Shown here piece by piece: positions 13,920 through 20,940 of a stretch of DNA of 32,000 bases (position 1 is its first letter; each line of letters starts with the position of its first letter). The stretch lies in contig JAWALG010000001.1 in the NCBI GenBank assembly GCA_038886995.1, forward strand, positions 14,635 through 46,634. The letters are read 5' to 3'. The notes below the pieces were generated by a model that worked only from the letters and a program-made list of their open reading frames with translations, ran no database searches and was not told the origin of the DNA. This stretch comes from Candidatus Iainarchaeum sp. GTDB lineage: Archaea > Iainarchaeota > Iainarchaeia > Iainarchaeales > DTGL01. The position numbers and the translations under genes were made by a program.

Positions 13920-16094
13920 TTAGCGCACATAGCTTGGCGAAAACTCTGATGCCTTTACCTTGAAATCCTCGTATGCCTTTTTTGTGTTTTCAGTTATTGA
14001 TGGCTTTACTTTTGCTAAGGCCTTTTCAAAGTGCTTCATTGATACAAGGCACTTTTTCATCTTGTTTTCCTTTATCGCTATTAGCGTTGCTTCTCTTACA
14101 AGGTTTTCAAGGTCTGCGCCACTAAAATTTTCAGTTACCTCTGCAAGTTCCTTTATTGAAACATCTTGGGCAAGAGGCACCGCTTTTGTGTGTATCTCGA
14201 GTATCTTATTTCTTGCTTTGATGTCTGGCACAGGCACCTCGATTAGCCGATCTATGCGCCCTGGTCTTAGCAAAGCTTTGTCAACTAGGTCAGGCCTATT
14301 TGTTGCGCAGATGAAAACAACATTTTGCAGTATTTCAGTGCCATCAAGTTCCGTGAGCAGTTGATTCAAAACCCTGTTGCTAACGCCTGAGTCAAGATGT
14401 TCGCCACGCTCAGAGGCAATTGCATCTATCTCATCAAAGAATACTATTGCAGGAGCAACCTGCCTTGCTTTCCTGAATATCTTCCTTATGCCTCTTTCGC
14501 TTTCGCCAACATACATTGAAAGAAGCTCAGGGCCTTTTACTGCAATGAAGTTGGCTTCGCTTTCACTTGCAACTGCCTTAGCTAACAATGTTTTTCCCGT
14601 GCCTGGTGGCCCATAAAGCATTATGCCTTTTGCTGGCTTTATGCCCATTTCCTTGAATAGGTCAGGATACTTAAGAGGCCACTCAACTGCCTGCCTGAGT
14701 TCTTCCTTTACGCTTTCAAGGCCGCCAATATCACTCCACTTTACTTTGGGTATTTGCACAGCAATTTCCCTTAGAGCGCTTGGCTGTACATCTTTGAGTG
14801 CTTCCATGAAGTCCTCAGCCCTTACCTCTAAGCTCTCAAGGATTTCCGCAGGAATCTCATCTTCATCAAGGTTTATTTTTGGCAAGTACCTGCGCAACGC
14901 TTTCATTGCTGCCTCTTTCGAAAGCGCTTCAAGGTCTGCGCCAACAAAGCCGTGAGTGATTGAAGCAAGATAGTCCAAATCAACATCTTTTGCTAAGGGC
15001 ATGCCTCTTGTGTGTATCTGCAATATTTCCTTGCGCTCCATCCTGTCCGGAATGCCGAATTCTATTTCTCTATCGAATCTTCCAGGCCTTCGCAATGCTT
15101 CGTCAAGAGAATTAACTCGGTTAGTAGCAGCCATTACAATTACATTGCCTCTTGCCTCTAAGCCATCCATCATTGCAAGAAGCTGTGCAACAACACGCCT
15201 TTCAACCTCGCCTATCACTTCATCTCTCTTAGGTGCAATAGCATCAATTTCATCTATGAAGATTATACTTGGTGCATTTTCCTCTGCTTCTTTGAAGATG
15301 CGCCTTATGCGCTCTTCTGCCTCGCCAACATATTTGCTCATTATGCTCGGTGCATTAACGCTTATGAAGTTCGCATTTGTTTCATTTGCAACTGCTTTCG
15401 CAAGCAATGTTTTTCCTGTGCCTGGGGGGCCATAAAGGAGCACTCCTTTCGGTGGTATTATACCTAAGCGTCTGAAAAGCTCCGGGTGTCTCATTGGCAA
15501 CTCAACCATTTCCCTTATTTTCATTACTTGCTCTTTTAGCCCGCCTATGTCTTCATAAGCAACAGTCGGTATGCCTTCTGGAACTTCTTTTGCTGGTTTT
15601 TCCTTAAGAATAAATTCAGTAAGCTCAGTAACCTTTACAATGCCCCTTGGCTTTGTGCCAGTAACCTTATAGACAAAGCCAGAGCCAAATACACTTATCC
15701 AGACACTGTCGCCTTGGCATAGAGGCCTTCCGAGGAAAGTCCTCTTAAGAATCTTGTTGTAGCTTGATGCAATGATTCTTATGCGCTGCGTTGGTGCCAG
15801 CACAACCTCTTGTGCTTCTTTGTAATCTGCAGCCCTTACTATAACTGTGTCGTTGAGGCCTATGCCTGCGTTGTGCCTTATGAAGTGATCCATCCTTATT
15901 ATTTCCTTACCTTCATCTTCTGCCCTAGCAGGCCAGACAATTGCTGCTGTTGTCCTTGCGCCTTTTATTTCAACAATGTCACCGCTGCTTATGCCAAGGG
16001 CTTCCCTAAGTTTTGAGTCCAAAGTAACTATGTTCCTGCCAACATGCGCAGGGTCTGCATCTTGAACTCTTAACTTGAGCTCCTTTTTTTGCAT
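13920..16094 (-). CDS. cdc48: CDC48/VCP/p97-type AAA+ ATPase (N domain plus D1 plus D2)
   Basis: Two [15 protein letters not shown] Walker A motifs. Walker B motifs are [11 protein letters not shown] and [11 protein letters not shown]. The N-terminus begins LRVQDA...GRNIV. The 724-aa length fits. Confidence 0.92.
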   Translation of the reverse strand: MQKKELKLRVQDADPAHVGRNIVTLDSKLREALGISSGDIVEIKGARTTAAIVWPARAEDEGKEIIRMDHFIRHNAGIGLNDTVIVRAADYKEAQEVVLAPTQRIRIIASSYNKILKRTFLGRPLCQGDSVWISVFGSGFVYKVTGTKPRGIVKVTELTEFILKEKPAKEVPEGIPTVAYEDIGGLKEQVMKIREMVELPMRHPELFRRLGIIPPKGVLLYGPPGTGKTLLAKAVANETNANFISVNAPSIMSKYVGEAEERIRRIFKEAEENAPSIIFIDEIDAIAPKRDEVIGEVERRVVAQLLAMMDGLEARGNVIVMAATNRVNSLDEALRRPGRFDREIEFGIPDRMERKEILQIHTRGMPLAKDVDLDYLASITHGFVGADLEALSKEAAMKALRRYLPKINLDEDEIPAEILESLEVRAEDFMEALKDVQPSALREIAVQIPKVKWSDIGGLESVKEELRQAVEWPLKYPDLFKEMGIKPAKGIMLYGPPGTGKTLLAKAVASESEANFIAVKGPELLSMYVGESERGIRKIFRKARQVAPAIVFFDEIDAIASERGEHLDSGVSNRVLNQLLTELDGTEILQNVVFICATNRPDLVDKALLRPGRIDRLIEVPVPDIKARNKILEIHTKAVPLAQDVSIKELAEVTENFSGADLENLVREATLIAIKENKMKKCLVSMKHFEKALAKVKPSITENTKKAYEDFKVKASEFSPSYVR

Positions 16095-16095
16095 C

Positions 16096-16117
16096 TTTAC
16101 ACCTTTTTTACACCTTT
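16096..16117 (-). repeat. perfect tandem 11-bp duplication (plus strand TTTACACCTTT x2; minus strand AAAGGTGTAAA x2) carrying the cdc48 SD
   Basis: Read directly from the sequence. The proximal copy places GGTG about 6 nt before the cdc48 ATG (16094). Confidence 0.6.
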
Positions 16118-16126
16118 ACAAGGTCT

Positions 16127-16167
16127 TCACTAATGTTCCATTATATTCCACTAATATCCACTAATAT
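16127..16167 (-). repeat. four tandem 10-bp units (TCACTAATGT / TCCATTATAT / TCCACTAATA / TCCACTAATA) in the cdc48 promoter region
   Basis: Read directly from the sequence. The two distal units are identical. The 10-bp period equals one helical turn. The array lies 33-73 nt upstream of the cdc48 ATG. Confidence 0.5.
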
Positions 16168-16236
16168 AATTGATTTAATCCTTATAAATGTTGCCTTAAA
16201 GTTCGGGAAAAAACAGCAAAAGCATCTTGACGATTT

Positions 16237-16292
16237 TAAAAACAAAAATAAGAAAAATAAAAATAAGATAAGGAGAGGTGCAAAAAGCACCT
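16237..16292 (-). terminator. putative terminator of the stand-alone pilin gene
   Basis: On the minus strand a hairpin (AGGTGC-TTTTT-GCACCT, 16276-16292) lies 55 nt after the stop. It is followed by repeated oligo-T tracts (TTATTTTTATTTTTCTTATTTTTGTTTTT). Confidence 0.45.
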
Positions 16293-16346
16293 TCCAATTC
16301 ACAACAGACCAATTTATCTTGCCATTAGTTGCCCGTTAGCCAGATG

Positions 16347-16802
16347 TTAGCCGCATGTTCCGACTATTGGCTTTGCACCGACTAGCTTCTTATCATAGGT
16401 ACTGCCTTCAATTCTATACGTTATTATAAGAGGGTACTGATAGCCTGATCCTGCATTACACCCTAAACCTGAAAAAGTCAGTGATGAAAGAGTTTTTGAT
16501 TCACCTGCATTTAAAACCAGATCATTCGCTGATGCTACCTTGCCATTTAGGTTGATATCTATAACAGTTATTTTTTCAGTACCTACATTCTTAAGTGTAA
16601 AGTTGCCCGTATTACCACCGATCTGCCAGTCCGTTACTGCTATTGGTGAAGTTCCTTGCCAATAGGCCTTGCTCTGTTGTTCTGTTATGGCTCCGCCAAG
16701 GCCTGGGAACCAGCCCATCACTCCTGCAACAACAAGTGCAATTATTATTATTACAGCCAAAATAATCAAATACTCGGTTGTTCCTTGTCCTCTATTTTTC
16801 AT
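16347..16802 (-). CDS. class III signal peptide pilin, stand-alone candidate major pilin (151 aa)
   Basis: The leader MKNRGQG|TTEYLIILAVIIIIALVVAGV is the canonical archaeal prepilin N-terminus. A GGAGGT SD lies 7 nt upstream of the ATG at 16802. A beta-rich globular part carries a Cys pair (GLGCNAGS ... VGTCG at the C-terminus). Confidence 0.8.
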   Translation of the reverse strand: MKNRGQGTTEYLIILAVIIIIALVVAGVMGWFPGLGGAITEQQSKAYWQGTSPIAVTDWQIGGNTGNFTLKNVGTEKITVIDINLNGKVASANDLVLNAGESKTLSSLTFSGLGCNAGSGYQYPLIITYRIEGSTYDKKLVGAKPIVGTCG

Positions 16803-16955
16803 CACATTACCTCCTTACAGTATTGTTTAAGTAATATTTATTGATACACCGGAGTTTAAAATACTTACTTTTTGCCAAATTGGTTTAAATCAGGCCTTTA
16901 AACGCTTTGTTTTTATTGATAATCAGCAAAAATATAGGTAGCAACCGGTGTCCTT

Positions 16956-17762
16956 ATGGAGATTGAACTTAACCTTGATGAAAGCATTCACAAGAACATT
17001 GGCAACTATTTTGAGAAGGCAAAAAAGGCAGAAGCGAAGGCAAAAAAAATCAGGGACGCAATGAAAGTCGTTGAGCAAAAGATTAAAGAGCTTGAAAGCA
17101 AAAAGCAATCTGAAGAGAAAAAGCTTCCTGTTGTGAAAAGACCTCGTGCATGGTACGAAAAATTCCGTTGGTTTTTCTCAAGTGAGGGCTTCTTGGTATT
17201 AGCAGGCAGGGATGCCGCCACAAATGAGATCTTGGTCAGCAAGCACATGAATCCAGAAGATTTGTATTTCCATGCAGATATTTATGGCGCAGCACATTGT
17301 GTTCTTAAAACTGAAGGTAAAAAACCTGGAGAAAATACTATGCAAGAGGCAGCAGTTTTTGCAGCAGTTTGTAGCAAGGCCTGGCCTCAAGGATTGGCAG
17401 CAGTAGATGTATACTCTGTGAAACCAGAACAGGTTTCAAAAAAAGCACCTAGTGGCGAGGCACTTGGTTTCGGCGCATACATGATTTACGGAAAAAGGAA
17501 CTGGTTCAAGAACACGCCTTTAAAATTTTCAATAGGAATAGAAAAGGCGGGTGATTATTACAGGGTAATTTCAGGGCCACCTGAAGCTATAGAAAAAAAA
17601 GCAATAGTTTTTTTCAGTGTTTTTCAAGGCAAAAAGAAAAAAAGCGAAGTAGCAAAGCAGCTCAAGGCTGCCTTTGAAAAACACGCAGAGTGCCAGATAA
17701 GCATTGATGAGATAATGCAAATGCTGCCAGCAGACAATGTTGAAATCCAAAAAAGCGAATGA
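16956..17762 (+). CDS. NFACT-R (DUF814) domain protein; short Rqc2/NEMF/FbpA-family fragment lacking NFACT-N
   Basis: WYEKFRWFFSSEGFLVLAGRDAATNEILVSKHMNPEDLYFHADIYGAAHCVLK matches the NFACT-R signature as I recall it. A K/E coiled-coil segment precedes it. It is only 268 aa. AAAAATATAGG lies about 24 nt upstream of the ATG, suggesting a leaderless-type transcript. Confidence 0.7.
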   Translation: MEIELNLDESIHKNIGNYFEKAKKAEAKAKKIRDAMKVVEQKIKELESKKQSEEKKLPVVKRPRAWYEKFRWFFSSEGFLVLAGRDAATNEILVSKHMNPEDLYFHADIYGAAHCVLKTEGKKPGENTMQEAAVFAAVCSKAWPQGLAAVDVYSVKPEQVSKKAPSGEALGFGAYMIYGKRNWFKNTPLKFSIGIEKAGDYYRVISGPPEAIEKKAIVFFSVFQGKKKKSEVAKQLKAAFEKHAECQISIDEIMQMLPADNVEIQKSE

Positions 17763-17813
17763 AAAGCTTAGATAAGATTATAAAGCAGTTTAAATAATAT
17801 ATTCTTGGTGAAT

Positions 17814-18134
17814 ATGATACTGCTGTATGCATTTGTGGTTCTTCTTTATATCTTGGCATTTGCCATAACACTTGCAATATGCAAAAAGCTATATGGCGGT
17901 GGCTTTTCAATGGCCTTGCCATACCTTATATCTGCAGTAGGCCTGTTCGCGGTTGTAAACATAATAAAGCTATTTGCAAGCGTCAATGGAGTTCCTTACA
18001 ACATAACTGATGCACCTGACCTTTGGGTCAGCATAGAGATAGTTTATATTCTTGCAGGCGTAATGTTTGTCTCAATGCTCTACCAGTTTTATCACACCAG
18101 CTATGTAACACGCGGCTGGGAGGAATGTAAATGA
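17814..18134 (+). CDS. small 3-TM membrane protein (106 aa)
   Basis: Three hydrophobic helices. I preferred the ATG at 17814 over the TTG at 17805, with TTTAAATAATATA upstream. It overlaps the next gene as ATGA. Confidence 0.5.
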   Translation: MILLYAFVVLLYILAFAITLAICKKLYGGGFSMALPYLISAVGLFAVVNIIKLFASVNGVPYNITDAPDLWVSIEIVYILAGVMFVSMLYQFYHTSYVTRGWEECK

Positions 18135-18445
18135 TTGAGCCAATGTTCTTTTCTCTAATAGCTGGCATAAAACTTGGAATTTTCCTAATAGCTTTTTTCC
18201 ACTCAATAATAGTTGCTAGGTTTGCGAAGCTAAAGGAGTTGGAACTTTTCATATCAGTGAGCTTAATCTATGTCTCAATTGCAGCAATAGAAGTTGTATA
18301 CATTTACCAGCATTTTGGAAAAATACCCAATGCAATTCCTGAGCAGTTTGTAATTTACAGCGGCCTTTTTCTTGACGCTATAGCAGCCATAGGCATAATA
18401 TGGACTCTCCTGTGGATAAACAGGGATATAAAGAAGTGGAAGTAA
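18131..18445 (+). CDS. small 3-TM membrane protein (104 aa), apparent paralog of the preceding gene
   Basis: It has the same TM1-basic loop-TM2-(G-x-P-x-N)-TM3 layout: VNGVPYNIT in the first protein versus FGKIPNAIP here. Confidence 0.5.
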   Translation: MIEPMFFSLIAGIKLGIFLIAFFHSIIVARFAKLKELELFISVSLIYVSIAAIEVVYIYQHFGKIPNAIPEQFVIYSGLFLDAIAAIGIIWTLLWINRDIKKWK

Positions 18446-18448
18446 GTC

Positions 18449-19003
18449 GTGGTTTTGGTGGCAAAAAAGATCGACTTTGCTTCAATAGCCGAGGACCAAA
18501 TAACCCTTTTCATAGTGCCAGCCAAGGACTATGTTGAGGTTGACAATGAGCTTCTTCATTATTTCATAAATGTTAAGAAGATGGGCTGCATATATGTTGC
18601 TGCAAACAAACCGGCACAGCTTGTAAATAAAATACTAGAGAATGCAAAGGTAAACACTGAAAAGATATGGTACATTGATTGTGTCTCAGGAAGGGTTTCT
18701 TCGCCACACAGGATTGAAAAAGTTATTTTTCTTGAAACACCGAGGGACCTAACAAACATGAGCATTGCAATAACAAATTTTGTAAAGAACATGCCTGAAA
18801 AAAGCAAGATGCTTTTCATAGACAGCTTGACAACGCTAACAATCCATAACGACATAAACACTATTGCTAAGTTTACCCATTTCATAATAAACCAAGCAAG
18901 GAACTGGGGCGTATCAATGGCCCTGATATCAATTGAAGAAGAGGCAGAAGCAGAGCTTATAAACAAGATATCCATAATTGTGGATAAAGTTGTAAAGCTT
19001 TAA
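18449..19003 (+). CDS. RecA/KaiC-fold domain protein lacking a P-loop (DUF835-like, predicted inactive)
   Basis: MLFIDSLTTL resembles the KaiC-family Walker B strand (hhhhDS). The expected Walker A position reads LFIVPAKDYVEV, with no GxxGxGK[ST]. GTG start. It is the third gene of the membrane-protein operon. Confidence 0.5.
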   Translation: MVLVAKKIDFASIAEDQITLFIVPAKDYVEVDNELLHYFINVKKMGCIYVAANKPAQLVNKILENAKVNTEKIWYIDCVSGRVSSPHRIEKVIFLETPRDLTNMSIAITNFVKNMPEKSKMLFIDSLTTLTIHNDINTIAKFTHFIINQARNWGVSMALISIEEEAEAELINKISIIVDKVVKL

Positions 19004-20052
19004 TAAGATGCTAAAAGAATTCCTCTAAGGAAAATCCTCGCGAAGAAGAAAATCACTGCAGAAACGAGGAATATTGCTGGAAAATATTTAAGGCCGAATT
19101 TTGCTTTGCCTCTGGAGATTACTCCCATAAACGCGCTCGCAAATAGAGAATTTCCAAAAAGGAGCAAATATGCTGCAATGCTCATGAAAGCCGGGTCTAT
19201 GCTTATGCCCGAAGACAAGAAACCGAGGTTGAACGATCCGCTTGTGTCCCTTGCAATATCTGCTTGCATATTCGAAAGAAGCTCTAGGAAAATAACTGAA
19301 ACAGAAAGAAGCACCGGTGTCATTATTACAACAATGAAAAGAAGAAACATCTCATACATCTTGGTGCCTGATATTAGCGCTTTTTTAAGTTCTTGTGTTT
19401 GCCTCATGTCTTCTGCTGATGTCTCAAGAAGCTCAGCAATTTTGCCTCCAGCACGCATTGACTGTATCATGAAAGGCACCATTTGCTTAAGGTTTTCTGA
19501 GTCAATACTTTCAGAAAGGGCTTTAAGCGACTCTGTAAATGATTCTGTGCCAAGGGATTTTGATGTAGCAATCTTAATCTCCTCAGCCAAAGGACCAAAT
19601 TCTTCCCTTGCAGCGCTCCTGAAAGCAAAGAAAGGAACCATGCCTGCTCTTATGTTGTTTGAAACTAAAAGCATGAAATCGGGCAAAATCTTGTCAACGA
19701 GGTTTGCCCTTGAGTCAATCTTATAATAGAGCATAAGCTGGTATATAACTGCTATGACACAAAATGAAATTATGCCAACGAGGAGAGCAGTTAGGTAAAT
19801 AAGCCCGGTTGGAAACAATGATGAAAAAAGACCACTAAAAACAGTTAGGGGCAAAAGGAAAAACAAAATTGATAAAAGTATTGCAAGGAGAAGCTTTCGC
19901 CCAATATATAGATCAAAATCGCCTTTTATTCCGGCATAAGTTAGCATCTGGTACAAAACCCTTTGCCTTATTTTTGTGGGAACTGCTCTGCTTAGCCCTA
20001 AGCAAACCCTTCTATAGAAGCGTTCAATTGACTTGGAAAGACTCCCGTTCAA
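19000..20052 (-). CDS. T4F platform protein, TadC/FlaJ C-half-like (350 aa)
   Basis: A cytoplasmic helical T2SS-F-like segment (LPDFMLLVSNNIRAGMVPFFAFRSAA...SLKALSESIDSENLKQM...MRAGGKIAELLE) is flanked by TM helices. It overlaps the upstream gene by 4 nt. Confidence 0.75.
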   Translation of the reverse strand: MNGSLSKSIERFYRRVCLGLSRAVPTKIRQRVLYQMLTYAGIKGDFDLYIGRKLLLAILLSILFFLLPLTVFSGLFSSLFPTGLIYLTALLVGIISFCVIAVIYQLMLYYKIDSRANLVDKILPDFMLLVSNNIRAGMVPFFAFRSAAREEFGPLAEEIKIATSKSLGTESFTESLKALSESIDSENLKQMVPFMIQSMRAGGKIAELLETSAEDMRQTQELKKALISGTKMYEMFLLFIVVIMTPVLLSVSVIFLELLSNMQADIARDTSGSFNLGFLSSGISIDPAFMSIAAYLLLFGNSLFASAFMGVISRGKAKFGLKYFPAIFLVSAVIFFFARIFLRGILLASY

Positions 20053-20939
20053 GTCAAAAACACCTTCGGAACTCGGCTTTTAACAAAGCCGATTATTGAT
20101 AGCTGTATTGCAAATGAAAGCACTACTATAAATAAAATTGTTGCAGGACCTATTGATGCACCTGCAAGTGAAGAAAGTATGACGATAAATGTAATGCCTA
20201 AGCTTGGTATGGCTGCTGCAAAAAGCATATACATCAAAACCCACACATTGAGTTCTGCGGAATAATCCCTTATAGCCCTTTCTTGCTCTTTCACAAGCAT
20301 TGCTACAATTGACTGCAAAGCACCTTTAACAGAGGCACCGCTTCTTATGGCGCTCAGCAACTGCCAGCAGGTCTTTTTTAGATGCTCAGAGCTTGTCTTT
20401 ATTGCCATCTTTTCAAGGGCTTTTGCTTCTGATTCGCCAGCATTTATCTCCTTTACAACATACTCAAATTCTTCCGAAACACCAGCATAGCCTGACTTAG
20501 CAACATAAACTAAGGTATTGTAGAGGCTTATGCCAGAGCAAACCTGGACATACATTGATTTTACCGCAAAGAGGAGGTTATTATCTATGGTCCTTGCTCG
20601 GTTATTCGCTATTATGCGCGGATAAAAAACATGCAACAGAAAGAACACAACGCCAAATATTAGACCAAAGAAAAGTGCACTAACAAGTACTGAAGCATCA
20701 AATTGCAGGGATCTTAAAAATAAAAGCGTAGCAAACAAGGCAAAAAAAAGCGCAAAGTATGCAAGCGCTGAAAAAAAAGCAGCAGTAAGGTATTTTTCTG
20801 GGTCAATTTTTATGCCAGCTAGGTGCAAATCATATTTAAGCGGATAGAATAAGTCACTCAGCTTTTCACCAATCCAAAGAAAACGCCTATTGATCCTGTT
20901 TGCGCGTTCAATTGAGAAAAGCATGAACTTTACGCGCAT
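20049..20939 (-). CDS. T4F platform protein, TadB/FlaJ N-half-like (296 aa)
   Basis: The T2SS-F-like segment is IDNNLLFAVKSMYVQVCSGISLYNTLVYVAKSGYAGVSEEFEYVVKEINAGESEAKALEKMA...LLSAIRSGASVKGAL, flanked by TM helices. Confidence 0.75.
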   Translation of the reverse strand: MRVKFMLFSIERANRINRRFLWIGEKLSDLFYPLKYDLHLAGIKIDPEKYLTAAFFSALAYFALFFALFATLLFLRSLQFDASVLVSALFFGLIFGVVFFLLHVFYPRIIANNRARTIDNNLLFAVKSMYVQVCSGISLYNTLVYVAKSGYAGVSEEFEYVVKEINAGESEAKALEKMAIKTSSEHLKKTCWQLLSAIRSGASVKGALQSIVAMLVKEQERAIRDYSAELNVWVLMYMLFAAAIPSLGITFIVILSSLAGASIGPATILFIVVLSFAIQLSIIGFVKSRVPKVFLT

Positions 20940-20940
20940 C

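Noticed and set aside
13960-15435. Series of plus-strand ORFs (134, 79, 110 and 144 aa) opposite cdc48; similar long antisense ORFs lie opposite other genes (4595-5011, 8167-8634, 11785-12297, 19106-19726, 31122-31703)
   Set aside because: They are shadow ORFs on the strand opposite well-supported genes. Their products are Ser/Leu/Phe-rich with no motifs, and the sense-strand genes carry unambiguous signatures.
16096-16167. Possible CRISPR-like or minisatellite array
   Set aside because: The units are only 10-11 bp, directly abutting with no spacers, and there are at most four copies. This is not a CRISPR architecture, so I kept it as a promoter-region repeat instead.
16133-16339. 68-aa plus-strand ORF (K/N-rich) between cdc48 and the pilin gene
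   Set aside because: It lies wholly within the repeat, A-rich and terminator region. Its lysine/asparagine runs simply translate the A-tracts, and it has no start context.
16205-16346. A-rich tract plus repeats between cdc48 and the pilin gene as the replication origin (DUE plus ORB)
   Set aside because: The repeats do not match the ORB or mini-ORB patterns I know beyond a TCCAC start. The A-tract is better explained as the oligo-T terminator of the pilin gene on the other strand, and orc1 is 6 kb away. I left it only as a caveat in the repeat finding.
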